Counted from the stretch's first letter, positions 21,950 to 35,861 are shown. The stretch is DNA of 64,000 nt from Raillietiella orientalis (GCA_036172245.1 JAYWIR010000001.1:11780001-11844000), one strand, 5' to 3'. Numbers and translations are program-made. The notes: generated from the sequence alone by a model not told the origin.

Positions 21950-24620
21950 GCACACCTCGACATCACCTCCGGTTCTCTGAAGCTGGACATATTAGAGTCC
22001 TCTATGCTACACAAACGTGAGTTCTCCTATGAGCACCTAGATGGCAGTGCCTCTTGTCCCAGAGGTGTCCACGTGAAAAGGCTGGACGACGGCGCTTTTC
22101 ACCCACCGATCGCGACCGACCCTCATGCTCTTCCGACGATGGGGCTCTCTCTTGCGGCTTCCTTTCCTGCGAGCCACTGTACGCTCTCCTAGAAGAGCAG
22201 GGAATGGAGGAGGAGTCTTAGAAGACTCTTATCAGAAGACTCGTTGGGTCAGTGAAGGCCCCCCCGAACGGGCGACCATAGACTGCAGGCGATTTATTAT
22301 TACGCCCTCTCTTTTTCCTTCCTTTCTTTCGCTCCCCGGAATTGGTTTCATTGCTGATCCCGGGTGGGCAGATGAGGATGGGCATCCCGTGGTCTGAACT
22401 CATCCCGAGAGATAAACTCAGAGGAACTGCAGCCCGGCCCGAGATGAGAGCCCGTCCGGTGAAGAGGTGTTGAAGGGAGAAGAAAAGGGTGTGCTAATGC
22501 TAGGGAGACAACCCTTTGGTGTTTCCGGTGCTCCTGGTTGGTCCACGATTAATTAGCGAGGACTGAGGGAGCCTTCAGCCTGTCCGTGGGGGCAGAAGGT
22601 GAGGCGGATCATCCGAGCCATCCATGGAAGAGATGAAAATCTCTCCAGTTCAAATGACGCAGGAAGAGAAGACAAGCAGTGGCGGGGGAGGGAAGAAGAA
22701 ACGGGTTCCTCTTCCGGATTCTGCTCTATTCCCGGAGTGAATGCTGAGCTTCCGTTTTTCCTGAGGAGTTCAAGACGAGCGTCTCAGCCAGTCAAGCGCA
22801 ATGCTCAGGAAACCGGGAAAAGAGATGTTCCTTTTGGCACTTTCCAGGGTGCGTCCGAAAAACGCTCCAGATCCGTCCAGCCTTCCTTTGTATCAGATCT
22901 CTTCTTGCTCCGTCCTTGAATCCAGGGCGCCATCGGGGACTGGCAAGCTTCCCATAGCCACCGCCGACTTATTCCGTGGCATTCCAGACAGATCGAGAGG
23001 TTCGGAAGTTTTCCCAGTGGGGAAAGCTCCGAGCATCGCTCCGAGCAATTCTTAGCCTTCATTGCATCGGCACAAGGGTCCTCACTGATCGGCACCATAG
23101 TAACGAATGGCGATTTGTTGATGCTGAGAGATGCTGAAGGAATTTTTTTTCACCATGTGAAGCGACAGTGCTCTTCCGTGTTTCATTCTCGCTCCTCCAG
23201 AAACCTCACTCGGTGTTCTTCTAACCAATGCAGATGAGGAGAGACATGCAGAAGGTGCACGAGACGCTCCAAAATATCTCCACAGACCTGTCCAGATCCC
23301 AGAATGTGCCCGGCGTGCGCAATACTTTAAGGCCCACCTGTTCCGCGACAACGGTCGTGGACTTGCTGTCTTCCGGCTGCAAAAGCAAACCTCCGACAAG
23401 GGAAAAGGAGTTCCAAGAGTTTCGCAGCCAAGTAAACAGTGAGCTGAGGAAGCGGCTGAATTCGGATGCGAGGAACGCGGAATCCATCTTTGATAAACTA
23501 AATTTATCGAACTCTTTGCCGAATTAGTTTGTTTCTCGAATGTCATTGGTGTAGCCAGCACCAATAAAGAGAATGATGATGCTCTTGTTTCCGTTTCCTG
23601 ATGGTCTCTTCAAAGGCTTCGGCTTTCGCTTTCACGACGATCCTCGAGCTGTCCGGATTCCACCGTGAGAGGAATAGGAATTTTTCAGCTTTACTAAATT
23701 GATGGTCCAAGGAACCGCATCCACTGCAAAAATCCCGAATACACACATCTGTGATGAGCATGAGAGGACAGATCCTTACCAGCAGACACTGCAGATTCCA
23801 AACAGGAAGCGGTCGGACTTATCATTTATCCTGCATCACTGTTCCGGAAGAGGTCAGTCTCTCCAAGTTGCCCTGAAAAAAAGGCCTCTTTGGGATACCG
23901 AAGTCCCTCTTTGGAGTCCTGCTCCTTGACGTCAGCTCAAGACCGTCATCTTTTCTCCATGGAAAGCTTCCTGGGAAACAGCAGCGAAAAATAAATGATC
24001 TTAGCTGGAGGCGAACCAGCGAGAAAAGGCTGCGAGAAAACCTGAGCGTAGGACACCTGTATTCGTGTCGGGAATGCACCTCTACGCTAGCGTTCGAAAG
24101 CCATCTTCAGGTGCTCTCGAAGAACGCCATGGAAGTCTCATCTGCCGTCGGGGACTCCAGACGATCTCTTTGTGCTTGCTGGTGGGGTCTTGTGAGCTCC
24201 AGCGTAAGGCTCTGTACAGGGGATCCTGCGAAACGTATGGAGAATCTGAAGGCGTCCCATACGTGTTCACTTACCGAACACCGGATCGAGACTGGAGAGC
24301 AAGGTGAGCAAAGCACCTCGTTTTCTGGAAAAGGAGGCTAAAAGGATTACCAGAAAGAAGAGGGAATGTCCCTGGCACAACCCATGGTAAGGACGACAAC
24401 GGAGTTCCCCATCAGGAGCACCCAGACAAGGAGGAGCCAGCTGATAGAAGGTGGGCAAGCAAAGAGATATCATGATGGGGCTACTGGAGAGGGGAATGGG
24501 CACCCGAGGATGGGGAGGGCTCTCCACATGGACCCCTGTCACAACACCCTGGAGAAGGTCCGAGATGAAACCCGGATCAAGGACAGCTACCTCTATAGGA
24601 ACGAGCATGGAAGTTGAAAG
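21950..24620 (+). pseudogene. Heavily decayed L1/Tx1 ORF2 (EN, RT, C-terminus)
   Basis: In order: LDI..G..KL.I..VLYA; LEDSY...W...ID..FIITPSL; KNAPDPSSLPLYQ; KAHLFRD; then PMVRTT...IMMGLLERGMGTRGWG.LSTWT, matching PMVRTT...ILQGLIKREIGIRNCG.IHAWT at 16720-16900. Confidence 0.6.
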
Positions 24621-25749
24621 AACCTGTGAGGAATGGTGGAGGAGGAGTTTCCAGCCTACCAGCTGGAAGGAAAAACAGGTAGGGTTTGACGCTTGAGCTC
24701 TTCTCTCTGCAAGGCAGGGACTGGTCAGGGATCAATATCGCCAAGAAAGAATGAGCTGGCTCAGCCCTGACCAGTGGTGTGGTATGGACGCACCTCCCTA
24801 TCCCAAGTTTGCTGAACTTGGCAACCTTTTTCCTGCGCGGGGGTTTCTGGAAAGCAGCTTCCGCTTCATTCCCTTGTCGCGGATTAACGGGTCCGCCCCG
24901 TCTCGAGTCAGACTGGGAGATCCACGCCGCCTTCTTTCAAAATTTTCTCTCGGGAAATGCGGGAGGGACATGCGGGATGGAGTGCCCGGGGCGGAAGTAC
25001 CAGTACAAAAACAACGGCGAGCCTTCCTCTGCCTCCGAATCCCTAGAGGAAGACCGGAGGGGAGAGGAAGAGTGCTTCAGGGAGCCGGGAGCGCTGAGCG
25101 CGCGAACTGCGGGGATTCCTCCGTGCGTTTGGGTCCAATGTGTTCTTCATGCGTAAGAAGCGGCGTCGCCGATCTCATCTCCGAACGCGGATCCAATGGC
25201 CGCACTTCCGGAGATGAAGCAGACGTTTTTCTGCGAGAGCAGCTCGTGGAACAGGAGAGGCAGAAGGAAAGAAAGACTTGGCGCTTTTCTCTCTGGCTCT
25301 CGACGTCTCTCGGAAGTCTTGCAACTAGCTGGGAGGACGAAACTCGTTCAGATGCCGGTCCTGAAAATAACGCCAAAAGAGGGGATTTACAGAGACGAAA
25401 GGGACGGCTCCTACCGTCTTATTCTCTTGCCCTCTTTCCCTCTCCCCTCCTCCCCGCTCTCTTGGACTATTCCGGAATGCCTTCTATCGCAGATGATGAT
25501 CCATCCGATGTTTCCAGCGTTCATCCCGGGAATACTGCGTGTTCGATGTGTCTCTCCTGCTTGGATATTTTCGAACTCCCTCGACGCTTCACCGTCCCAA
25601 GAGACAGGAGAGGGAACTTGGATGGTTTTGAGGCAGCGAGATTTGTGAGGGAGATCCTTTTCAGTCTTTGTGTATCGATGTCCTGATTACCCTGGAGTGA
25701 TCCATCTCCTTAATGAAGAGTAATTAACATTCTAATCAAAGTGCAGCAT

Positions 25750-26950
25750 GGAGAGGGATGAGAGTGAGCTACGGGATGCCAAACTGGGATATGCGGATGC
25801 AGTTTCATGCTGAGACGGGCTTTACTTATTGGGATTTACTCGTGGATTTGTTTGGGAAGGGCAGGTTGGACAAATGCGCTCTGGTGCGAGGTTAGGTAAG
25901 CCGTGACGTCTGGATGTACCGGAAGCTGTATCTAGGCAAAGGGGTGAGATTTGCTTAGGCGGGGGATGGTTGTTTCAATATTGATAACTGCGGGTTGTGT
26001 TGCTGCGTCGTAGTACGTAGTTATTAGCAACAAAGTAAGCGAGTAGTGGATAAGGAATCGTGTGGGGAGGGAAGGAGGTAGTAGAAAGGTAGAGCAGGAG
26101 TGCCAAGTGTCTTTTTTCCGTGGTAAAATTCACTAAAAGTTGGTATTCACTATTCTCGGATGTTTATGGGTTCAGTAAGGTGTTGCATGCGGTAAAGTAA
26201 AGTTCGTGGGAGGATGCTGGCAGATTGATGTTTCGAGTTATTAATGAACTTCCATTCATTGATAACTGGAAGTATGGGCTTTCTTCTTCCTTCCTTCCAT
26301 CCTTCCTTTTTTTTTTGTGAATCTGTGATGATGGAGAGAGTTCTGATGGTTGTTCTGAGGCTTCAATACGAACTCTGGATTGATTTTTAAGGAACCGAAT
26401 GTGTGGAGTGTAATTGATGGATTATTTGAAACCATGTTTTAATTAGGAAGAGTTAGGGAAGGAGCGGAGTGTGAGATGAGGATGCGATGAGCGATCTGTA
26501 AAGACTTTACTTGAAATGTCTCCGTTTTCTTATGAGTGATGCAGGGTGATGTCTTTTCGGTGTGTTCAAGACACGGCTGAGGAGTTTTGGTTGTGATAAG
26601 CACAAAAACGGATCAAAAACGGTACTAGATGAAGCTGCCTTGTCTGTTATGGTGAAAAACCCTTAGTAAGTTAAAGGGTGCGAGAAGGCTCTTCCGGTAT
26701 TCTTTCGAAGATTCGAGGAATGGCCGTATGGCGACATTTTAGGAAGATGTTGTCTGGGCAGATGGTGAAGGAGGAATCTCCATGGTTAAGGGATCAGTTA
26801 GGAGGTAGTGGAGATACTGAAATGAGAGAATAGTTACCTTAGGGATAACGAACGCAGCTTTCACAGAGGAAAGTGGGACCTCCTGATGCGGAAGTCTGAG
26901 ACCTCGATGTTGAGCTGGGTATCCGTAAGGTGGAGAAAATCCATGGCAAT
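25750..26950 (-). pseudogene. Very decayed non-LTR RT C-terminal relic (possibly a different clade)
   Basis: SFQYL, KLLSRVLNTPK and ERICPTCP occur in the expected order, with many stops. Confidence 0.3.
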
Positions 26951-27469
26951 AGTGAGTTCCACTGGAAACCCTGCATGATTTCGTGAGTTCAGATTGGTTT
27001 CCATCTTTCGACTTTCTTGACACGGGAGGATTGGAAAGCTGGAAAGTTCTGCAGTTGGGGAGGATAAGAAGAAGGTGCTGGCGGTGATGCGAGGGGTGTT
27101 TGAAGTGGGGATGGTGCTGTCGACGATGGCCTATGCAACTTTGGTTGAGTAGAGAATTTTAGGGAGAGCAGCTTCTTCCTCGTTTCTGGGAATTCGACGG
27201 CAGCGCCCATACAGCAGCGAGCACCCCCTTTCAAGGCAGATGGAGTGCTAGTCCTCGCTGCTGGCTTGCCTACGTTGCCCCTTCAAACGCGGTCGCTAAG
27301 CATTCATAGGGGCAGGCGGCGTCCAGTGCGATTCCCTTCCCTTCGAATGGGTTCCTAAAATAATCTTGTTGACAGCCACCAAATCTCACTGTTGCAGGAT
27401 TACTCTCTCGATTTGGGGAAAGGGGGAGGAGAACCTGGAAACGCTTCATCGCTTTCCATGAAGCTCGTT

Positions 27470-28030
27470 TTACCCCCTTCCTGAGGGGTGCTTATCCAAA
27501 GTGTAAGGTGCATGTTGCACCCTTCGGGGTCCTCATCAAAGGAGTAAACAAGGAGCGGTTCCCTTGCGGGGTTCCTCCGGAGAATAAGGAGAGGAAAGGA
27601 CCTTTTCCTCCTCTAGAACCTTCCTGAATCCATAGGGTGATCACCTCTCGGGGCATCCTTCTATAAGTTGAAGAATCACACTCACCATCGGGTGGTGTGG
27701 ACAGGACTAAAGAGCTTTGTGACTTCCTCCCCTCTACAGAGGCGAACGTTTCTTCAGCGCTTGACGAACCAAAAAAAAAAAGATGAAAGGAAAACAAAAG
27801 AACCCAAAAAGGTTTTCATCAAAGTGTGGATGAGCCTGGATACAGACAGTCGCCAAGAGGAAACCATAGAAACTCAGGAAATGCGTTTGGTTAAGGAAAT
27901 TGTGGTTCCCCATGGGGTCCAGGAACACTTGCAACGTACCCAAGAGTGTATTCCTTGATGAAGAAGAATACAAGGGTGATTTCGATCACAGCAGAAGAAA
28001 ATGAACTAGAGGGTTGTCGCTGTCCTCCGC
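27470..28030 (+). pseudogene. Diverged copy of segments B/C running into a possible endonuclease N-terminus
   Basis: KERFPCGVPPE is shared with the copy near 7470; then KKVFIKVWMSLDTD..QEET and V.SLMKKN...ELEG (EN-like). Confidence 0.4.
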
Positions 28031-28404
28031 AACTTACAGGAGCACGGGAGCACACTCACCGGACAAGTTGTCACCGAGAGACCGGAAGTGTCGATTCGCT
28101 TGGCATCTGCGAAGGCCGTTTCTCTGAAACCCCGATAGTTCCACTCTCCCTGGCTCAGAAAGGAAAAACTTAGCTGAAGAGGAAGACGCTCATGAGTGGG
28201 AAGCAGCGGCTGGAGGAAGCATCGGATCTTTAAGAAGTCAGCTTAGTGGTCAGGGAAATGGGCAGAGACCCTTGCGAAACGCCAGATGCGATTCTGGCAT
28301 ACATAAAGAGGGGTTTTCCAGATTCCAGAAGCAGGACCGCAATGTTGGGTTCGGAGAAAAGATGAAGGGTCGGTTAACGAGGCACAGTAGGTCTCTTGCA
28401 GGTG

Positions 28405-29700
28405 TTTTTTTTCCCGGTCAAGCCGGGGCGTTTACCGTGAAAATAAATGTCATCAACAAAACGGTCGGGTCTTTTTCGCTGTCGCTAATTCGGGAAGTCT
28501 CTGAGGGTGTCGCTGCTTGGAGCAGTGCGCTCAGGGAAATTGGAGGGAAGGGGAACAAACAGAAAAAGGTTTGAAAACGTTTGGGAAGTGAGGGAAGGGA
28601 TCACAGTTTCTCCCCCTCTCAAAGATGCCTGCAAGTGCCTGCTGGTTATCCCCCTAGTACGGCCACCTCACCGCGATTCTTAGGAACAAGGATTAGGCTT
28701 CTCTGTTGTTCCGGCCTCTGTCGTGGATGCTTCACGCCTCCACGATCCCGCGGAAGCAGAACGAAGCTGCGATCGCCGCCGCGGCAGGCGACGTCCCGCC
28801 ACGCGTAAAGAGGTGTCCGAATAAGGTCTTCGGGTGGTCTTCTGGGAAGTTCAGGGATGCAGCCAAAGGTCCCTGTGCATACCGGAGGACGAGGCATTCG
28901 AAAATCAGGTGCGGCACGATTTCTTTCCACCACACCTGACACAGTATGGGGCCGCACTGACCCTGTTCTAGTGGTGGGGGCGTGTGTTGCATAAAATGGC
29001 CCAATAGAGCAGTCGCCAAGGCGAGTCCCACCACTCCAGGGGGAGCACAGCGCTGTCGAAGAACACTGCGAGGATCTCCGCTTCCTATAACGGGATTCCA
29101 AGAAGATCTGCCCTGCGGAGAAGTCCTTGAGGGAGGGAGGAGTGGAAGTGCCAGCCAGTTGACGCGCCGTCCAACATCCCAATTGCTTCTCGTTTCCTGC
29201 AATCTCGCAGTTCACCTTCCATCTTGCAGCCCGGTGGCTCTCCTGGCTATCCCACAGGAACGAGAGCATCTCAGCAAGAGGATTTTGCTGGGTCTACAGA
29301 ATCTACCTCGGGCAGTCCATCATCCATCATTTCCTTCAGCGAGCAGCAAGCGTGTAAGGAGTACAGCAGACATTGCATTTCTTCCAGGCTCGTGGCGCTG
29401 ATTTTTACCCGCGTCTGAGCTGCTTCCTGTTTCCAGGCACTACAGTTCGCTGGGGAGCAGGAGATCTGAGCGTGGTCCGGAGCCAGGGCAACCACCTACC
29501 GAAGCTGGTAGCCGCGTCCAGGGAGTCTTCGGTCACTGCAAACGAGGAAAGAGACTCCTCTTTCCTCTCTGAGCCGGCTGCATGCTTGGCCAGGATCCAA
29601 GCTGGCACGCATCGGATAACAGCTGGTTGATGCTTTCCCTGAACTGTCAGGAGAAATGGGTACGGAGAAGTGGGATACACCAGTACAAATACTTCAAGAT
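28405..29700 (-). mobile_element. 5'-truncated, decayed L1/Tx1 copy (RT, thumb, zf-RVT, 3' UTR, A8 tail)
   Basis: YPTSPYPFLLTVQ, FLWDSQ..R..W and YCVRCGGK...EIVPHLIFEC; shared 3' module; terminal CGCCCCGGCTTGACCGGG followed by A8 (T-run at 28405-28412). Confidence 0.7.
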
Positions 29701-32700
29701 GAAGAAGAGAAAGACTAACTGACCAACTGCCTGCCTACCTTAAACCGAGTTTTGCTTTGTTGCCCTAGACAGAAGTCGCTACGTTGGAGACTCTGTCTTG
29801 GAGAATCCCTCCGAATCCTTCTAACAACTTATAAGTGAATTGAAAAATACGAGAATTTGCACTCGAGGGAAGACAGACTTGTAGTTCATTAGGACGGAAA
29901 GTGAGGAGTCCTCCTCATCCATTGGGTGGGTAACTGGTTCAGATATCATGGTATCTACACCCTGACTCTGCTCTTCTAGAGGTTCCAGTAAAAGATGCAA
30001 GGTCTCTCTGAGACTTTCTTTCAAAGGAGTGTTTCGTGTTCTCTTTTTTCTTTTCTTTTCTTTTTTGACGGTGCAGTTGCGATTCATGCACTCCACAAAT
30101 CTCTGAGAAACAGTCACAGTTTACGCGGTTTCTTGTTCACGACTCGTTGCCTCGTTTGGAGAATACTTGTCTCCAACTGGAGATACTAGAAGAGAATACG
30201 CTGAAAATTCGCTTCAGTCGGCCTTTTAGTATAGTAGGGATCATTTCCATTAACTTCAGAAGAAATTTAAAATACTGACAGTGGACCATAAGAATTCGTG
30301 AGACCTGTTACGGAAATCTGAACAGAAGATAGGAGACGAAGGATAAAGATGAAATCCTGAAATTTATCTCACTCGAAGAACCTTGAATGGTCACATGGCT
30401 CAAGGAAGTGAGGAATTCATTTGATACTCGAGGTGGAATTGGGAATTTGCCCTGCCCTTAATTCAGCTGCAGTGGCTGAACCTCTTATTGGGCACAATGG
30501 ATAAACACGAAACCAAATAGGGCTGTAAACATCTAATGTCATGAACTGTGAACATATTACTAGAATTTCTTGTTAAATGAGATAAAGCACTTTCATGAAG
30601 AAGTATTTTGTAACTTGCTGAACTCCATCCATACATTTATTCCATGCCAATCTTGTTTGATATGCTCATTTTCATAGACATAGATAAATTAGTAATTAGT
30701 GAATATAAAGAAAATTCTATAGAAAATGGAGAAGTGCAATAAACAAAGAAAAGCTAAGACTAAAAAAAAATAATTTAAATCTATAAGACTAAAGATATAA
30801 ACACAAAATTATTTAAAGGACATCTGATTGAAAATACCTTTTTTCATCACGTACAAATTCTAGCCTTTACTAGTAAGCAGGAAACTATTTAAACCGAAAG
30901 CTTTTATATTTTGTAAACAGTATTGGGATTTCATGTATCTTATGGCTTCACTTTGTAGCTTTACATTGCGATACAATCTGGGATTGACAGTTTCTTCGAT
31001 AACATGTAAGTAGATAATTACATGTAAGCAGCACAAAAATTTTATCTGAATACATGGTGTTTTTCTCTTGAAAGAGCTCGATTTGTTTGCTTCTATCAAA
31101 AATTATAAAAGCACCGAATCAATTTAGAATGAAAGCTTGCAAGACAACTCCAGTTTAAATTAGGTTGCAGTTAAAATATGAAAATTACGTATATAGAAAT
31201 TGAAGTATTATTTCATAAAACTGATTTAGTATTTTAATGCAGCTTTCTCTTTTATTATATCTCTCCATATAATAAAATTGAATTTGAGCAAGCTATGATT
31301 TCCTTTCTTTCTTTCACTGATTTCATTTCTAAAGTTCACTTTTTATAGAATACATAGTATCCACATATACACTTAACCTAGTAAATTATATGTACATAAT
31401 GTCATTATATGAGTTTGTAAAAAATCATTTATTTCGGAATTATTGTGTTGATACAAGTCCACTCACAAATAACTTCGAATAACTTTGAATTTTGAAGTCG
31501 AATATATGTACCCTGCGCTTATTAAGGCAGTGATACATTAGTTACGAAATGTAATGATGTCATATACAAAAAGATTGTAAGACAATCAGGACTTTTCGGA
31601 AATGAGGGATGTATTCATAAGTACAACTTTATTTAGTTAACATGTACAAGCTAGAGAGGAATTTTTCAAGTAGCCATCACTGTACCAGAAAAATGAATGG
31701 TACGTCTGCAAAGCATCATGTGCCGCATGAATTCTTGAAACGCCAACTTTGAAGTGTACTCAAAAGGTATTTTTAAAGCAAATGTATTTGTAGGCATAAA
31801 TAAAATTGGCCCTTGTTAAGCGTTGTTTGTGTATGTGTTAACAAGCATTTTTAGTTAAAAAAATTTCAAGTAGTGTTTGATGTAGATGACAGTCATGTTT
31901 TAGATTAATACTGTAGAAACCAACATAGTTGTTTACATGTCAAAAGAAACAGAATATCCGAAATATAATAAGTTTACACGGGATTTTAGTTCGCTGATCA
32001 TTAACAAAAAGTTCTCTGTGTTGTCACCCAAGTGCATTAGTGATTCAGAAATCTAAAACTTGAAGGATATCTCTTTGTATAATGAAATTTAATGTTAAAC
32101 TATGCAGACTGTTTCCTTACTGAAGTGACTAACAGTAAGGCCATTTGCAACGCTCATTGTAGATAATTGTTGTTAGGAAACTCGAAACTTACCAAGGTTT
32201 TGTGTATCCATAGTAAATCCTAAATCCTAGGAATCCTGCTAAAAAGCATGGCTCAATATTGCATGCAGAATTGAAACTGAACCTAAAATCAAACATGTTG
32301 ACCCTCCTCTGCATATAAACTTCACTTAGTCATTATTCATCTTATGTTGTTGTTCAAGTTTGTTACCAGTTGCTTTGCTTCATTCTCCTTCTTTCCCTAA
32401 GGGGGGCTTTTAATTCATCTTAGCACTTTTCTCCTCCACCTCTCTTTATTTAAATTTTAATACTATTTGTTCATGCACACTGTACTGTTCATGTAATACA
32501 GGTTCCTAACTAACAAGATTTTTTTTTGTTTTATTATTTTGTTGTTTATTGTTTTATGATGCTTTTGTGTAGGTTCCGCTTAGGATTTAAGGTACTCTTG
32601 AGTATTTAGAATTTTTCATTATTTTGAATTCTTAATAGCAAGGCAAGTTTCAAAGTTGTCATCCTTAATTGTGATTCTGGTTTACAGATCTGGTTTTATG

Positions 32701-34673
32701 GAGGGAATGGGCTGCATCCTAATTTTGTTGTCGAAAGATAAGTTGTGTGCTTATTTGTTTAAAAGTAGCGAAGGCTAATTATGAGAAAGGATTATTAGGA
32801 TGTTTCTCAATGTTCTCTTTAGAATTGGTTTACAAGATTCAGTTTTATCAATTTGGAGGTAATGTGAAATCAGGCACATGAATGGAAGAATAATGTTCCT
32901 ATATTAATGAAAAATTAATGCATAGCTAATCTAATACCAGAGTTGTTAGATGTTGTTTTCTTTGAAAACCTTTACCAGTAGATTGTTCACCAAAAACTTA
33001 TAGAAGGATCTGTTAAAATAAGGTAGCCAGATGTGTACAATTTTGCTGGTTATGTTAATTACTGTTAGAATGTTGAATAAATAATAAGTTATGGGTAAAT
33101 ATTTAGCATGGAATCTTAAAACAGTGGTTCGATCATTTGTATTGTTAGATTTCATTGCTTTCAGTAATATTTTCATCTTTCAGTTTTTTGTCTGTTTTTT
33201 TTCTTTTCATGATAAATGATTGTAATGAAACATTCTAAGAAAATTTTCTTATCCAGTCGCTGCAGATTATATTTTAAACGATGCAATTCAAGAGTTCCAC
33301 ATTATATTCATGTATGTTAAACATTTTGTTTTACAGTATATGATTATTGTTAACTGCACTGTGGCCTTTCACTAGATTCTTTGGACTTTGAACGTTTTGA
33401 GCTTTGTATCCTGCTATTTGTGCAAAGATAATTTTTGATGAGACTAGCCACATAATGTTTCCATCAGTTTTATCCTTGGAAATCAGTAATGTATGCCGTT
33501 TGACAGGATGGTATTACTTGTGTTCCTAAAGCAATTAGCTTGGTTTTAGCTTTATTCCTACAACTGTGGTTTTCTTTTAATAGAGATTCTGTAAGTCCAA
33601 TTTGCTGAACAAAGCTTAAAGGTTTGGAGTTTTTTTTTTTTCTTTTGAATAACCTCAGCATTTTTGGACTGGAAGACAGATTAACCATGAAAATTAAGGA
33701 CTATGCTGTTTATGTATTGTGTTGAAATTTAAATACATTGAATTCTCTCTTGTTGCATCAGTTTTTATCAGCAGACTGGAACTGTTTGTATTGCTGTTCC
33801 AGTTTTTTGTTTGTGATGGGAGCAAGTATAAGACTTTGTATTTTTATATTGAAATTATACTTTTGCTTTGAAAGAAGTTAATAAAAAACTAAATATTTCA
33901 TTCAAAAATTGAAAATATTCAGGTGTTCATCCCTTTTTAGTTGAAATTTCATTTTCAAATTCTCGACCTTTTTCATTCAAGATTTAGCCTCTTTGGATCC
34001 CAATTAAATCCTAACACACCCATGTCATACTTATGACAATGCATCTTAAAGGCTTTTTAGATTACACATGCGAGAAAAAGTTATTCCCAAGCAACTTGCT
34101 TATTTTCAATTATTAGCAGCAAATGAAATAGCATACAACATGACCACATTAAGGAGAGTATGGAAGGAATGTGATTATAACAAGTTGTGTCAGAGCAGAA
34201 ATCCTCCTGATTTAGGAATTGTTTCAGAATTCGCTTGCTGTGGTTATTGTTTAGCATCTCATTTAAGAACATAACTTAATTTTTAATCATCACAATACAG
34301 AGCACTTCTAGTTAAAGGTTGGCAAGTTTCGAATCAGGTTCATGTTTTAGTATATACATGAAAATAAGTTGTAATCGTGAATGGAAAATGTCATCACATT
34401 TCTGGTTCTTCTGGACAAATGAAGGCTTAAAAATTAAAACTTTGCATTTCCATTTTGTTATGAATGCTTTAGAAAGTAATTTTACGACTTAATACCGTAT
34501 CACACAGTACTGTGTGAAACAGTATACAGTTTACTGTGTTAACGTAGTATTTCTTTTTGCTACATAGGTTAATAGTGCATCCATGTACACCACTAATTAA
34601 AGTTTGTTAATTAATGGCAGATGGCAGTTAATTACTTTGATGTTTTAGTTGGATTCAACATATCAGGTGAATC

Positions 34674-35743
34674 ATGGACTTCCAGCATAGGCCAGGAGGG
34701 AAAACCGGATCAGGAGGTATTGCCTCCTGGTCTGAGACTAACCGTGATCGGCGAGAAAGGTTGAGGCAGCTTGCATTAGAAACCATTGATTTGATGAAGG
34801 ATCCCTATTTTATGAAAAATCATTTAGGTATTAACTCAGTTGTTTAAACAAAAAAAAAAAAATACATTTACAGGCTCATATGAATGCAAGTTATGTTTGA
34901 CATTGCACAACAATGAAGGTAGCTATCTTGCACACACTCAGGGCAAGAAGCATCAAGCCAATTTGGCAAGGAGAGCTGCCAAGGAAGCTAAAGATGCTCC
35001 AGCGCAAGTGAGTTCCATTTGTCTGTTCCAAATCATTTGTGTTATTCCAGCCAGCACCAGAAAAACCCCGTGTTGAAATTAAGAGGTTTGTCAAAATTGG
35101 TCGACCTGGTTACCGTGTGACCAAACAGCGAGATCCTGACACAGGACAACAAAGTCTTCTGTTTCAAATTGATTACCCTGAAATCAGTGACACTGTGGTA
35201 CCAAGACATCGTTTTATGTCTGCTTATGAACAGAAGATCGAACCACCAGATAAGAAGTGGCAGTATCTGTTATTTGCTGCTGAGCCCTATGAAACAATTG
35301 GGTTCAAAGTTCCCAGCAGAGAAGTGGACAAGCAGGATGGTCGCTTCTGGTCCTTGTGGAATCGTAACATGAAGCAGTTCTTCTTACAAGTTAGTTTCAA
35401 GCAGGAACCTAAGATGAGAGCTGTGCCTATCATAATGCCACCACCTCCTGGCCTGCGTCCAATGATGGCACCTGCTCACATTACACAAGTTACTCAAGGC
35501 ATGCCTCCTCCTCCACCTGGTGTGGGAGTAGGAGTTGGAATCGGAGTAACACAGTTTGCACCCATCCAGGCACGCTTTATTCCACCTCCACCTGGCATTC
35601 CACCCCCTACATCAGGAGCACCACCACCGCCACCAAATCCTTCAGTGGCTCCTCCACCACCACCATCTGGAAATCCTGCTCCTCCTCCACCCCCATCACT
35701 TGCAATGCAAGTAATTCCTCCACCTCCACCACAGGTTGCATAA
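34674..35743 (+). CDS. SF3A2: Splicing factor 3A subunit 2 (SF3a66/Prp11); exons 34674-34827, 34874-35007, 35051-35743; 326 aa
   Basis: Spliced translation MDFQHRPGGKTGSGG...RRERLRQLALETIDL.KDPYFMKNHLG/SYECKLCLTLHNNEGSYLAHTQGKKHQ (U1C/matrin-type zinc finger)...AQ/PAPEK...FVKIGRPGY...PRHRFMSAYEQ...FAAEPYETIGFKVPSREVD, then a Pro-rich tail. GT-AG introns at 34828-34873 and 35008-35050 restore one frame (154+134+693 nt). Confidence 0.97.
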
Positions 35744-35750
35744 TGATTCA

Positions 35751-35756
35751 ATTAAA
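35751..35756 (+). promoter_or_regulatory. Probable poly(A) signal (ATTAAA) of SF3A2
   Basis: ATTAAA lies 7 nt after the TAA stop codon. Confidence 0.45.
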
Positions 35757-35861
35757 GTGCGTTTGCTGGAGTTCAGCTTCTTTTTTAATAGTCATTGCCC
35801 ATTACATTGGCTAACCAAACATGGTGTGCACCTTGTTAGTAACAATGCAGTTTCAGCTCTT

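Noticed and set aside
24751-25686. 311-aa ORF as a host gene
   Set aside because: No recognisable domain; it lies between retroelement relics and has only a faint resemblance to an RT C-terminus.
31500-33700. snoRNA host gene or small exons in the AT-rich tract
   Set aside because: Isolated TGATG/CTGA words and GT/AG sites are expected by chance; no terminal stems or recognisable guide sequences.
34068-34274. 68-aa ORF upstream of SF3A2
   Set aside because: Short, with no recognisable motif, and an equally long antisense ORF overlaps it.
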